64,000 nucleotides of DNA from an uncultured Methanosarcinaceae archaeon (GCA_963727895.1 CAVSHT010000003.1:1-64000); one strand, 5' to 3'. Counted from the stretch's first letter, positions 35,189-47,539 are shown. Notes: generated by a model from the sequence alone, not told the origin. Translations and numbers: made by a program.

Positions 35189-36331
35189 TCATTTAGTAAC
35201 TGTAACAAATTGGCTCTTTGAATTACTTCCAATCTTATTAGTTTCCGTTAAAGTAACTTTAAATTTCCCCATTTTTTGATACGTATGTGATGGATTCTTT
35301 AAAGTCGAAATTGTTCTATCTCCAAAGCTCCATTTTTCTGTCATATTTACTCCTTTGCTTATATCTATAAAAGAGACTGTTAATGGTACTTTCCCACTTG
35401 ATTTTGACATTTTGAATAAAGTTACTGGAGACTTAATAGCAACTAGAGGTAAGTAATCAGTATTATTACTGTCTATTTTATAGGGAGAATCTGCAATTCC
35501 ATCATAATTTTTGTCAGCAGCTGTCTGAGAAAAGCCTTTACCATTAGGAGAACCCCAGAAATTTCCACCAATATAAGGTCCTAAAACAATGTTATAATTT
35601 GGAGTCTTAGTGGTATTCCATAAATGATTAACGCTCCATGAAGGATATGACAGATCAAATATTATGTTCTTTTTATTGTTGAAATAATTATCATAAACAG
35701 TAGAAGTAACGTATCCATCAAACTTGATTCCTATATTACAACCAGTTATTGTATTTTCTGAAATACTTGCACTTGTATTTCCTCCAATTCCTTCATCTAA
35801 CTGTATTCCAATATCCACATTCCTAATTTTATTTCCAGTTATGGCCACACCAGAATCTATTAAAATAATTCCCCCGTCTGTGAAATCATTGTTTTTAATA
35901 ATACCCGAAGCCATTTCTCCAGTAATATAAGCATTACATGAATAAAAATAATTATTTTTTATTATTTCATTCTGAGCCCCATAGCCACCTAATTCAATAC
36001 CGTTTTTAATAATAGAAAATCCATTGATATTAATATTACCTTTTTCATATTGAATATAAGGATCTGCATAATCTGTGAATCCATCAACTTTTGGATTATT
36101 TATTCCAAGAATTGTTAAACTGTCTGTTTTAATCTTAACGGTCTCATAATAAGTTCCAGAATTAACAATGATGGTGTCTCCTTTATGTGAGGCGTTTACA
36201 GCACTTTGAATTGTATGATACTTTTCTTTGGTTCCTACTTTTAAAGTAGCAGCTGATACAATAGATAAATTAATAATTATAAACAAAATCATCACTGCTA
36301 ATATAAACACTAATTTTTTAGTAGATTTCAT
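35189..36331 (-). CDS. NosD-like beta-helix surface protein with PKD domain
   Basis: TIQSAVNAS..GDTIIV..GTY; GGNFW..P.G.GFSQ...D.DGIADSPY; PKD tail. Confidence 0.9.
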   Translation of the reverse strand: MKSTKKLVFILAVMILFIIINLSIVSAATLKVGTKEKYHTIQSAVNASHKGDTIIVNSGTYYETVKIKTDSLTILGINNPKVDGFTDYADPYIQYEKGNININGFSIIKNGIELGGYGAQNEIIKNNYFYSCNAYITGEMASGIIKNNDFTDGGIILIDSGVAITGNKIRNVDIGIQLDEGIGGNTSASISENTITGCNIGIKFDGYVTSTVYDNYFNNKKNIIFDLSYPSWSVNHLWNTTKTPNYNIVLGPYIGGNFWGSPNGKGFSQTAADKNYDGIADSPYKIDSNNTDYLPLVAIKSPVTLFKMSKSSGKVPLTVSFIDISKGVNMTEKWSFGDRTISTLKNPSHTYQKMGKFKVTLTETNKIGSNSKSQFVTVTK

Positions 36332-36611
36332 AGTTTGAACTCATATATTTAATTTTAATATTTAACATATATAATGTTTAGATTTATATTAATAACTAGA
36401 AGCAAAATAAAATGACAGCTTTGGAAGCAATGAAAAAAACAGGCATGAAAATAACACCTTTACAGAAGAGTAAAAGTATGAATCAAATGTTTATGCACAC
36501 TAAAAGTACATTATTCCATTTTTTTTGGTACATAGATATTAGATTATATTTTTATTATTTCTGGATGTACCTCTTTTTCTAAAAAATAAAAAGAGTGTTG
36601 CCACTCTTATT

Positions 36612-38561
36612 TCATTTGTATATATATCTATCTTTTGTAGTTAATTTACTTTTACCTACAGGTGTGATCACAGTAACATCAACTGTTCCTTTCTTTCCTG
36701 CAGGAGCAATTACAGAAATCTTTGTATCGGATGTAACAGTTAGCTTACTAACTGATACACTTCCGAACTTCACAGCAGTTGCACCTGTAAATCCAGATCC
36801 ATAGATAGCCACATGATTTCCACCTTTAGTAGATCCAGAAGAAGGAACTAATGAAGTAACTTTTGGTGTTACTTGTTGATATGTGAACTTATCGTTATCA
36901 GAAGTAGAGCTTGTGCCAGTAGGCGAAACTACAGTGACATCAACTGTTTCTGTTCCTGCCGGTGAGGTTGCAACGATATGAGAGTCATCGATAACTTTGA
37001 CACCAGTTGCAGCTTTGCTTCCAAACATAACTTTCTGCACTTCATACAAGTTCGTTCCTGTTATGGTTACCTTTGTACCACCATTTATCGGACCTACACT
37101 CGGTGTAACACTGTCAACTACAGGATTTGGTTTAAATACAAAATAACCTTGCCAAGGATCACTTATTCCACCAGTTGATGTAACTACTACTGACGCATAT
37201 CCGGCATCCTCTTGTGGTGTAATTGCTTTGATTTGAGTATCAGAGATAAAGGTTATCGCTGTGGCTGGGAAGTCCCCAAACATCACTTGTGATATGCCTG
37301 TGAAACCAACACCTTTTAAAGTTACAACTGTACCGCCTTCTGTTGGGCCTATAGCTGGTGATACGCTATAGATTTTTGGATGTGCTATATATGTATATTT
37401 ATCTCTGCTTGAATTAACACTTACTCCACCGGCTGCAGTTACCTGGATGTCAAAAGTTTTTGGAGCTCCTGGTTGAGTAGTCAATTGTGGAACCGTTATG
37501 CTTATTTTATTGTCGGTAACACTTAGGATCGTAGCAATTTTAGAACCAACAACCACTTTAGATGCTCCAGTAAATCCGTATCCAAGTATATCAATTGTGT
37601 TGCCACCATCATATGAGCCAGTTGTAGGTGTTATACTAGTAATGTATGAGACCTGTACATAGGTATACTGGTCAGCAGAGCTGGTACCGCTAGTTCCAAA
37701 TGGGGTTGTAACAGTAACATCGACTGTTCCAGTTCCAGCTGGAACGGTTGCAGTAATCTTGTTGTTATTAACCACGATGACATTTGTAGCTGGGGTAGCT
37801 CCAAAGTTTACATTTGTAGCTCCGGTGAAATATGATCCAGTAATGGTTACTTTATTTCCACCATTAACTGAGCCAGATTTAGGAGATACACTGCTTACTG
37901 ATGGGGCTGTTCCCCATGTAAACTTACTGTTCACCCAAGGCTGGCTTAAACCAGCAGGGGTTTCAACTTCAATGATAGCATTATCACCAAGAGGCCCAGC
38001 AGGTGCAGTTATCGTTATTTGGTTGTCATTATCGACTACCAGGTTTGTACCCAGATATTGCTGACCAAAATGCTGACCAGTAGGATTACTGTCAATAAAA
38101 ATAACTTTATCTGCGCCAGTGAAATACGATCCGCCTATTGTTACTTCCGTGCCTCCTGTGCTTAAACCTATCAAAGGTGATACATCACTGATTGAAGCCA
38201 CTGGCATGTATGTATACAAATCAGCTGAGGTTTCTGAACTCGTTCCTTCTGATGATGTGACATGTACATAGACTTGTCCATAATCCGTTCCAGCGGGGGC
38301 ATTTAATGTAATAGAACCATCATTTACTATACTAAAACCAACTGCTGTTCCTCCAAAATCAACTTGTGTTGCACCTAAAAATCCAGAACCCGTTATAGTC
38401 ACAGCATTTCCTCCGGCAAGTGGGCCGGCACTAGGATGAATACCAGTGACTGATGGTGTCGCTGCTGCAGTTGCAGTTGTTGCAAAAACCACAAGCATGA
38501 ACAATGTCAATGCAAATAGCATATTTCGCTTACTATTCATTATAGAGACCTCTTTTTTCAT
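36612..38561 (-). CDS. Secreted IPT/TIG-repeat protein (about 7 repeats)
   Basis: P-x-V-x-x-V-S-P-x-x-G-x-x-x-GG-x-x-VTITG-x-x-F repeats; signal peptide. Confidence 0.92.
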   Translation of the reverse strand: MKKEVSIMNSKRNMLFALTLFMLVVFATTATAAATPSVTGIHPSAGPLAGGNAVTITGSGFLGATQVDFGGTAVGFSIVNDGSITLNAPAGTDYGQVYVHVTSSEGTSSETSADLYTYMPVASISDVSPLIGLSTGGTEVTIGGSYFTGADKVIFIDSNPTGQHFGQQYLGTNLVVDNDNQITITAPAGPLGDNAIIEVETPAGLSQPWVNSKFTWGTAPSVSSVSPKSGSVNGGNKVTITGSYFTGATNVNFGATPATNVIVVNNNKITATVPAGTGTVDVTVTTPFGTSGTSSADQYTYVQVSYITSITPTTGSYDGGNTIDILGYGFTGASKVVVGSKIATILSVTDNKISITVPQLTTQPGAPKTFDIQVTAAGGVSVNSSRDKYTYIAHPKIYSVSPAIGPTEGGTVVTLKGVGFTGISQVMFGDFPATAITFISDTQIKAITPQEDAGYASVVVTSTGGISDPWQGYFVFKPNPVVDSVTPSVGPINGGTKVTITGTNLYEVQKVMFGSKAATGVKVIDDSHIVATSPAGTETVDVTVVSPTGTSSTSDNDKFTYQQVTPKVTSLVPSSGSTKGGNHVAIYGSGFTGATAVKFGSVSVSKLTVTSDTKISVIAPAGKKGTVDVTVITPVGKSKLTTKDRYIYK

Positions 38562-39181
38562 AGTTCGTCAAATTTACTTATATTAAATTTATTTTTTTAA
38601 AATGGGGAAATTAAATAGTATCTTCAATATATTTTTTGAATTTTTTATACGTTATTTAGTAGAATAATTGGATTAAAACTAATTTTTTAAAATATATTTA
38701 AGAAACTATTTGACATATTAAGTTCTTTAATCAAATTAATAAATGTTTCTCTAAAGATAATTACACATAATATTAAAAATATAATACCATCCCTTATAAA
38801 AGAATAATTTTTTTTATATACTAAAATTGATGTTTATAAAAAAAGTTATGATAATATATATCAATTTGTATATTATAATAATAGAAGATATACCTATATA
38901 TATATACATAATATCGAAATTATAACAAAATCTAAGATTTATGAACCGCATACAATTTAAAAAAAGCGAACAAATGAATCAAAATTTTATGCAATCATAT
39001 CTAAAAACTTAATAATATATATAGGTAGTAATAAATATATGATAACACTCAGAATTAATGGAAAACATATAATTTAAGAAAGAAAAGGAGTAAATCAAAA
39101 CTTTTGATACTTTTTAATATTTTATATTTTGGTTCTTTTTTAAAAATAAATTAATTTGCATCAATAGATACATTTATATAG

Positions 39182-39936
39182 GGTTCCGTTCTAAAAAATC
39201 TTAGAATAAGCATGTAAATCTATGGATTAGGACCAAAAGTTAAAATCTTCAAGAAGATGTATTACTATTATAGAACTATTCCAAATATTAGCAGATTAAA
39301 AAGACTGAAATCCTAACATTGGATTAACTATTCGTTTAATGGATCTATGATCTTGTTCTATGATGTTATTTAAATATTTGATTTATCTAATGCCTACGTT
39401 TATAGGTAGTATTTTATCATTTTTCAGTTTATCTATAGAAGGTGGATAAGCTGGATTTTTATCAACTGTGATTACTCTTGGAATTTGATTATGATTAGAA
39501 TTCAAAGCTTTCTTAAAAAAACGTTTTGCTGCTTTTTGGTCTCGTTTTGCACTTAACATGAAATCAATTGTATCTCCATTTGAGTCAACTGCTCGATAAA
39601 AATATTTCCATTCACCTCTCACTTTTATATAGGTTTCATCAACTCTCCAAGAGTTATTAGTTGGTCTTAAATATCTACGTACCTTCTTTTCGATTTCAGG
39701 AGAGTATTGATGTACCCATCTCATAATGGTTGTATGGTTGACTATTACTCTCCTTTCTGCCATCATTTCCTTTAAATTTCGATAACTTAATGGATATTTT
39801 AAGTACCATCTAACATTCAATAAAATAATTTCACCCACAAAATGCTTCCATTTAAAGGGATTAGATAGCATGTCATTATCCTTTACTTCCCTTTTATTTG
39901 ATTATATCCTTAACAGATATTTTTTGCAGCGGAACC
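39182..39936 (-). pseudogene. IS6 element with a nonsense codon and an internal deletion
   Basis: GIR* instead of GIRQ; 3' part of the transposase deleted; both IRs present. Confidence 0.88.
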
Positions 39937-40004
39937 CCTTTCCATATATTGATGAAATAATATTTCAATATGGAAAATTTACGCAAATATAATGTATCAT
40001 TCAG

Positions 40005-40240
40005 GGTTCCGTTGCAAAAAATCTGAGAATAAGCATGTAAATCTATAGACAATAAACAAAAACCAAAATATTCAAGAAGATTTATCAATTTACGGAACTA
40101 TTCCAAATAATTAATGAACATATTTAGCTTCATTAAGACTAGAGTAATTTAGATTCTTGAGTTGTCCTTTTTTAACCATATTCGTTTTGGCTCCGGTAAT
40201 TGAGTTTATGCAGATCTCCTAAAACCTAGTCAACATTTTG
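40005..40240 (-). mobile_element. Partial IS6-derived composite element (right end plus linker)
   Basis: Same transposase/linker junction as at about 1470, 11085, 27690 and 47930. Confidence 0.75.
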
Positions 40241-40720
40241 ATTTTACTGTTATTAAGCAGGACTTCCTTCGGGATCTGAAGCGTTAAAGTGGATCATAGA
40301 TTATCAACTTGCTAGAAAAAATCAGGTTCCGTTGCAAAAAATCTGGTCATTTTACAAAATGAGTGAAAACCTTCATTACTCCTTATTTTTGATATTAAGT
40401 ACACGTACAACGTAACCAAGTAATTTAAACAAAATTATAAAAACAGCCCAAGTTGCAAAACAAATAACTACAAAATCTAAAATTAATGTAACTATATCTA
40501 TAGTAACTGTATCCATAATCTTATCAACCTGTAAGAATATCGGTAGTGTGTCGAAAGTTCTGTAAGAAAGGATTTGTCAGAATTTTGAGATGTTTGGGAT
40601 TTTCTAAATCAACTGCGCAGGGACACACAAAAACCTCTAAAACATATAATACAACTGAATGCATATATATATATTTATAGTATATTATATAGAATTGTAA
40701 TATATTTATAGTTGATTTTT

Positions 40721-41575
40721 GGTTCCGTTGCAAAAAATTTCAGAATCAGCACGTAAATCTACAGACAATGAACAAAAGTTAAAATATTCAAAAAGATGTG
40801 TCAATATTATAGAACTATTCCAAATAATTGATTAATATATTTAGCTTCATTAAGACCAGAGTAATTTAGATTCTTGACTTGTCCTTTTTTAATCATATTC
40901 ATCGCTTCAATTCCTTTTAAAGTTTTAATGGCTGTATGAAAAGACTGAAATCCTAACATTGGATTAACTATTCGTTTAATGGATCTATGATCTTGTTCTA
41001 TAATGTTATTCAAATACTTGATTTGTCGAATGCCTACGTTTATAGGTAGTATTTTATCATTTTTCAGTTTATTTATAGCAGGTGGATAAGCTGGATTTTT
41101 ATCAACTGTGATTACTCTTGGAATTTGATTATGATTAGAATTCAAAGCTTTCTTAAAGAAACGTTTTGCTGCTTTTTGGTCTCGTTTTGCACTTAACATG
41201 AAATCAATTGTATCTCCATTTGAGTCAACTGCTCGATAAAAATATTTCCATTCACCTCTCACTTTTATATAGGTTTCATCAACTCTCCAAGAGTTATTAG
41301 TTGGTCTTAAATATCTACGTACCTTCTTTTCGATTTCAGGAGAGTATTGATGTACCCATCTCATAATGGTTGTATGGTTGACTATTACTCCCCTTTCTGC
41401 CATCATTTCCTTTAAATTTCGATAACTTAATGGATATTTTAAGTACCATCTAACATTCAATAAAATAATTTCACCCACAAAATGCTTCCATTTAAGGGAT
41501 TAGATAGCATATCATTATCCTTTACTTCCCTTTTATTTGATTATATCCTTAACAGATATTTTTTGCAACGGAACC
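40721..41575 (-). mobile_element. IS6 element; transposase frameshifted near codon 6
   Basis: ATG at 41510 is out of frame with ORF 40807-41478 by a 1-nt loss; both IRs present. Confidence 0.9.
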
Positions 41576-42162
41576 ATATTATTAATATAATCTTCCAATA
41601 TAATTTCAGTTTCTTTTTCTGAATGTTTGATCTCATTTTTATTAACATTTTTATTATTATTTTCATCAACATTCATTGCATAATTCCTCCTAGACGTTAT
41701 AACATAGATATTTAGATAGATTTACATTAATCTTTTCTAAACATTGAAATTAGAACGAAATTTCCTGCTCCAGAGTATCAAATTTCATCCAAATTTTGGG
41801 TATTATAATCAAATCCATAATTAATCAATTTGTCACGATTCCTCACTTAATCAAAGATATATGAAGGTCAACTCTAATATATTTAAACCTTTTATAAAAA
41901 TAAAATATAAAATAGAACATTTTTTATAACATCAGTTAAGAATTTTATATTTATAAAAGAACATAATATTCAATATGTTTATAGTTTTGATAAACATAAA
42001 TCAAAAATAGAATTTTACCATATTTTATCCTTTTTAGGACATTTATCCTCATATCATATACAATGAGAATCTTAAAAGACCCTAAAAAGGAAATATAAAG
42101 TTATTTCAGACATAAAGCCATTATAATATATAAATATATTTTTTTAAAAAGAGGTTCCAAAA

Positions 42163-43218
42163 ATGGATAAACGATTTTTAGTGCTTATTACACTACTGAT
42201 ACTATTATCAAGTTCTGGAATATGTATTACAGCTGCTGAATCATCAAGTGGTAACTCCACAAATACGGATACTGTTAGTAATGAATTAACTAGTACTGGA
42301 TCAACTGATGATAATTCAATAAGTGATAATTCGGTAAATGATACTTATGTAGATAATGCCTCTACAGACAATACTTCTATAGATGATACCTCTACAGATA
42401 ATAATTCAGTAAGTAATGTTTCTACAGATGACACTTCTGTAGATAATGCTTCTGCAGATAATAATTCAGTAAGTGATGTTTCTACAGATAATAATTCTGT
42501 AGATGATGCTTCTGTAGATAATAATTCTGGATATAGTACTTCTACAGAAACTAATTCTGAAAATAACGCATCAACTGCAAGTAACCTGACAAATGAAAAT
42601 GAGTTAAACTCATCTGAACCACAGACTAATATTCAACATACAGAAATAAGTCAGGTATATATCAATAATTCACAAAATGTAAACATAAGCATTACAAACT
42701 ACAATTCGGTTGTCAATAACATAAACTTCGATGCAACAAAATCTTTAGGCAAGACTACTGTTGTTGTGGAGGATCTAAAAGATAAATCTCACTTAATTAA
42801 TAATCCACCTACAGATAATATCTACAAGTCATTCAATATATGGATCAACAACGGAAATATAAATAATAATTATATTAAAAACACAGTTGTTAATTTCCAA
42901 GTTGAAAAATCATGGCTCAAGAAGAACAATTTTAAAAACTCAGCTATCGTCCTGAATAGATACAGTAACGGGAAATGGATAAAAATACCTGTGACCATAA
43001 CAGGATATAATACAAAGTATGTATATTTCAAAGCTAAAGTTTCTGGCTATTCTTCATTTACAATAACCGGAAAAACAGATCAGGCAACGGTAACTACAAA
43101 GCCTATACAACAAGTAAACAGTAATTCTGTATCCAGTAATTCTGGATCTCAGAATGAGATTATACGTCTTTTAAATGAAATCATAAATCGTTTGGATGAA
43201 ATCATTAAACTGATATAA
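42163..43218 (+). CDS. Secreted PGF-pre-PGF domain protein with D/N/S/T-rich repeats
   Basis: Signal peptide; SVDNASTDN-type repeats; YKSFNIW...VVNFQVEKSW...GYSSFTITG. Confidence 0.85.
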   Translation: MDKRFLVLITLLILLSSSGICITAAESSSGNSTNTDTVSNELTSTGSTDDNSISDNSVNDTYVDNASTDNTSIDDTSTDNNSVSNVSTDDTSVDNASADNNSVSDVSTDNNSVDDASVDNNSGYSTSTETNSENNASTASNLTNENELNSSEPQTNIQHTEISQVYINNSQNVNISITNYNSVVNNINFDATKSLGKTTVVVEDLKDKSHLINNPPTDNIYKSFNIWINNGNINNNYIKNTVVNFQVEKSWLKKNNFKNSAIVLNRYSNGKWIKIPVTITGYNTKYVYFKAKVSGYSSFTITGKTDQATVTTKPIQQVNSNSVSSNSGSQNEIIRLLNEIINRLDEIIKLI

Positions 43219-43677
43219 TAAATTTCGTTTTGCAGTACTGTGTAGTTTACAAATCTGATTAGACTACACAACACCTGCTAAACAATATATTTTTCAGCAT
43301 TGGTAGAATAAAATTGATCATGCCTATTATAATATAGACAAGCGTCTGTGCGCCCGAGACGACAGACAAGACAAAACCCTTAAGAAAAATCGTAAATTTA
43401 CTGAGTTTCTTAGGATCCTTCAAAATCATTGAGCCTTTAATAATTCCTCAATCGAAACTCACTGTGACCAAGTCACGTACTTTACCAAATTAATTTCAAA
43501 ATAGATTTTCTTAATTTCTTTTTTATAATTTTATTTTTATATATTATACACTAACCGTATTAAATTTAGACCATTTTTAGTCAACCCTTGACTTTAATCT
43601 TAGAAGACTTTTTCATTTATTATCAGGATTTCATGAGATCCTTGTTTTTGCTTTCAACCTTCTTTCTGGCTTGTCTG

Positions 43678-44355
43678 TTACGCAGTTACTGTCTGTTCCG
43701 GTGAACCTGTCAACCATAATTCTTCAGTTGGAATTTGTCTTGCGAAAATCAACCTTAGCTCTTTTCTGCCGTGGTCTGCTTTATCGATGAATATATCATT
43801 AGTAGAACATCTCTTTTCAACTGTATCAAAAACGTCACGTTTTAGTTTTCTCAGATTCTTTGTAGACTCAGGCTGGTATTCCTTAGGTAGATAATTTTCA
43901 ACGAATTTTTTAAAATTCCTTGAATCCATTATCCTGGAATCTATATTTGCAAACGGTGAAACCGCCTTAGGAAGGTCTGTACTTTTTTTCATGTAGTCTA
44001 TTAAAAAATCTGCACGAATCTCAGTAATATTCTTAGAAGGAGAAATTAGAGATCGGTCAAGGATTTCAGGCTTTAATGTAGTGTTTATTTTAGACACCAT
44101 ATCATATAGCCTGGTTATATGATCTGGAATCGTGGGTTCGTGGTCTTCATCATCATAAGAAAAATCATCAATTCCTAAAACAGTTTCAATTTCTGCAAGT
44201 CTCTGAACTGGTTTTATCTCTGAAGTTGCTAGTCTCGCGTCAAAAGAGGTGTTTACAAATTTATCCATATAAGGAGCAATCAAATCCACAAATTCTATCC
44301 TTTCCGGTTCAGATGCGTTTTTAAAGGCTTGACTGATATCTGACAGGGAAATCAT
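43678..44355 (-). CDS. Hypothetical protein, paralogue of 57071-57757
   Basis: Open in both copies with conservative changes. Confidence 0.8.
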   Translation of the reverse strand: MISLSDISQAFKNASEPERIEFVDLIAPYMDKFVNTSFDARLATSEIKPVQRLAEIETVLGIDDFSYDDEDHEPTIPDHITRLYDMVSKINTTLKPEILDRSLISPSKNITEIRADFLIDYMKKSTDLPKAVSPFANIDSRIMDSRNFKKFVENYLPKEYQPESTKNLRKLKRDVFDTVEKRCSTNDIFIDKADHGRKELRLIFARQIPTEELWLTGSPEQTVTA

Positions 44356-44447
44356 AGATATCTTTCCCCCATTCCTATGATCTCGAGAAATTCTTGATCA
44401 GAAAATAGAGGAATATACTTTATATGTACATAATCAGCGAGGCTCAT
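44352..44447 (-). CDS. Putative 31 aa leader protein MSLADYVHIKYIPLFSDQEFLEIIGMGERYL
   Basis: AGGAGG RBS; stop overlaps the next start (ATGA); identical in copy B. Confidence 0.6.
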   Translation of the reverse strand: MSLADYVHIKYIPLFSDQEFLEIIGMGERYL

Positions 44448-44860
44448 TTTAAGCCTCCTGTATAAAAACAGTTTTTAGAAGTGCTAAAAATTCATTTATT
44501 TTGCTATCCTGTTCAGTACGATCGAAAAGTTTATACCTATCGGTGTCTATATAACTACTAAGCAATGTTATCCCTCTTATACTGGGGGTCAGGGTTCTTT
44601 GTTGGAAGCGCGGAACCCTGCCAATTAATCTTTTTTATAACTAAAAAGAGTCAATTATATTAAAACCTGTTTCTCCATTCTTTTTACTTGTTCTCTTCTT
44701 TTATTTTTTAGATATTCAAAACATGTTCATTTTTTTGCAGTTGAAATTTCTCCTTACAAAAATAAGCTAAATTCTTGAAAATTTCTATGGAAAAAAGAGA
44801 TTTTAGTCAAATTTTTCTTGAGGATTAGATATTGGGGAATTTAAATCCGGCTAAAATGAG

Positions 44861-47050
44861 TGTCAATGCCGGTGAATAATTCCTCATTTTAGCCGGATTT
44901 AAATTCCCCAATATCTAATCCTCAAGAAAAGCTTGAGGATCGTAAATAATGCTGAAAATGGAGGAATGGCTATTGATACGAGATTTGTATTCACAAGGCT
45001 TTAGCATCAGTGAAATCGCCAGAAAAACAGGCTTTGACAGGAAAACTGTGAAGAAATATATTCGGCTGAAAACCTTGCCTGAGCCCCAGAAACGTCCTGG
45101 AAGAAAGAGCAAGCTTCAAAACTTATATTCTTGAAAAACTCAAAGAAGGTTCCTATACTGCTGCTCGCCTATTTCGTGAAATAAGAGAAATGGGTTTTGA
45201 TGGAGGAAAAACCATAGTCAAGGACTTTGTACAAAAAGTTCGACCTGAGCAGGAAACCCCTGCTGTATTTCGCTACGAAACAAAACCAGGTGTACAGGCT
45301 CAGGTAGACTGGGGAAAGATGGGAACAGTTGAAGTTGATGGAAAAACAAAGAAACTATTTTGCTTCAACATGATTCTTGGATATTCAAGAATGAGATATG
45401 TTGAATTTACACTGAGCATAGACACTCCAACTCTAATTCAGTGTCATTTGAATGCTTTTGAGTATTTTGAAGGATTTACACAGGAAATTCTCTATGATAA
45501 CATGAAACAAGTTGTTATCAAAAGAGCCTTAAAATCATCAGATTCTAAATGGAACTCACAGTTTGAGGATTTCTTCAAATGCTTTGGTTTTATTCCCAGA
45601 TTATGCAGGCCTTACAGGCCTCAAACAAAAGGTAAAATTGAAAATACAGTAGGTTACGTCAAAAGGGATTTCTTCCTTGGAAGAAGGTTTACCTCTCTTG
45701 AAGAACTGAATGGCCAAGTTAACAGTTGGTTAGAAAAAGTAAATTCAACTGTCCATGGAACAACCTATCAAATCCCTCTTGAATGCTTTAAGGAGGAGGA
45801 CCTGAACCCTCTGGGTCAGGTTCCTCCTTACAAAGTTGTTCAGAAGGAGACCAGAAAGGTCTCCGGATACTGTTATATTTCATTTCTTGGAAATAAGTAT
45901 TCTGTTCCTTACAGGTATGCAGGAAGAACTGCAGAGATTCATATTTTTGAAGAAAAATTAGAGATCTATGTTGATTATGAAAAGATCTGTGAACATGCAA
46001 TTCTCCCAGGTAACTGCAGAGTTTCAAGGAAAAAGGAACATTTCCAGGGTTTACTGAGTGAGATTCTTAAAGAGAACTCAAAATGCAAGAAAAATTCACA
46101 GATTCCGTTGAAATCCTCAGGTCCTGAAGTTGAAAAAAGGTCTCTTGATGTCTATGAAATATTTAGCCAGGGAGGTTTTGAATGAACAATTTTAGCTATG
46201 GGAGGCTTCACAACAATCTGCAATACCTGAAACTGAATACTGTTGAAGAGCTCCTTGACAACTTTCTTGAAATTGTTGTAAGGGACAACAAGACAACAAT
46301 GGAAGTTCTTGATTATCTATTTGAACAGGAAAAGAAACACAGAGAAGCTGTTGCAATTGAGAGAAAGATGAAAAGTACAGTTTTTCCTATTAAAAAGACT
46401 CTTGAGGAATTCTATTTTGAGTTTCAGAAATCCATTGATAAGAAGATAATCGAAGACCTTGCAACCTTGAGATTTGTTCATAATTCAGAGAATGTTGTTT
46501 TATTTGGTCCATCAGGTGTTGGCAAGTCTCACCTTGTAATTGCTCTTGGAATCGAAGCAGTAAAGTCGGGGATTTCGGTTTACTTTACCAATACAGGAAA
46601 CCTTATTGAAAGGTTGAAAACAGCAAATCAAGAAGGAATGCTTGAAAAGAAACTCAGGGACTTGATGAAGTATAAAGTGCTGATTATTGATGAAATAGGA
46701 TATCTCCCATTTAACGAAGAAAGAACTCACTGTTTATTTCAGCTAATCTCAAGACGTTATGAAAGGAATTCAATGATCTTAACATCGAATAAGTCGTATG
46801 GAGAATGGGAGAGATATTCAAGGACCATGTAATAACGGCTGCTGTGCTTGATAGGCTTCTCCATCATTCTACGACGATTAATATCAAAGGGGAAAGTTAC
46901 AGGCTGAAAGAAAGGAAAAAACAGGGTATAAAAACAGGAAATCTATACCAGTAATTTTTAACAAGTTCATGAAAAATTGAATAAACTTTATATCACAAAG
47001 TGGGGAAAATTAATCCGGCCAAAATGGGGAAAAGTAAACCGGCATTGACA
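44861..47050 (+). mobile_element. IS21-family element; istA (44949-46185) and istB (46182-46954) both frameshifted
   Basis: TGTCAATGCCGG..CCGGCATTGACA IRs; QAQVDWG, YDNMK, PQTKGKIE; GPSGVGKSH, IIDEIGY. Confidence 0.93.
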
Positions 47051-47232
47051 ATTGCAAATCTCATTATGGGGCGATCTTTTTCTGCACGCATATTTAAAGA
47101 TGAAATTAATGCTGCGAAGCCTATCAATATAAGGATAACAAGGTTATTTATACCATACACAAACAACCCTATTATACCAATGAGTATCATTAAAAAAGAA
47201 ATAATAATGCCAATGGTACCCCGTTTTTTCAT
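47051..47232 (-). pseudogene. Small membrane protein gene truncated by IS21
   Basis: MKKRG followed by two TM helices; the frame runs into the IS21 right IR. Confidence 0.5.
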
Positions 47233-47539
47233 ATTAACTTTCGAGCTTCGCATATTTTCAAATCCTATGCTTAATTTGTTTATTTATTGTATAAAAACTT
47301 ATACAAAAATTTTAATTTACTGAAATGAGTAGAAATTCTAGGAGTATATTTTATGGATTCCATTGCAAAAATCTAGTTTTTTAGGATATTTCGAGATACG
47401 AACTTTAATTTCTAAAACGTTCGTTCATATTCAGTTTTTAAGGTAAAAACTATGCATTCATATAAGTCAAAATTTGTTTTTAATTATTGCTTTAAGATTA
47501 GGTAGTAAGTTAAGTATTTTGAAAAAGAACATACATAAT

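Larger units (their letters stand above)
43461..44860. repeat. About 1.4 kb direct repeat, copy A (copy B at 56855-58263)
   Basis: Colinear similarity from ACTGTGACCA to an IS21-like end. Confidence 0.92.
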
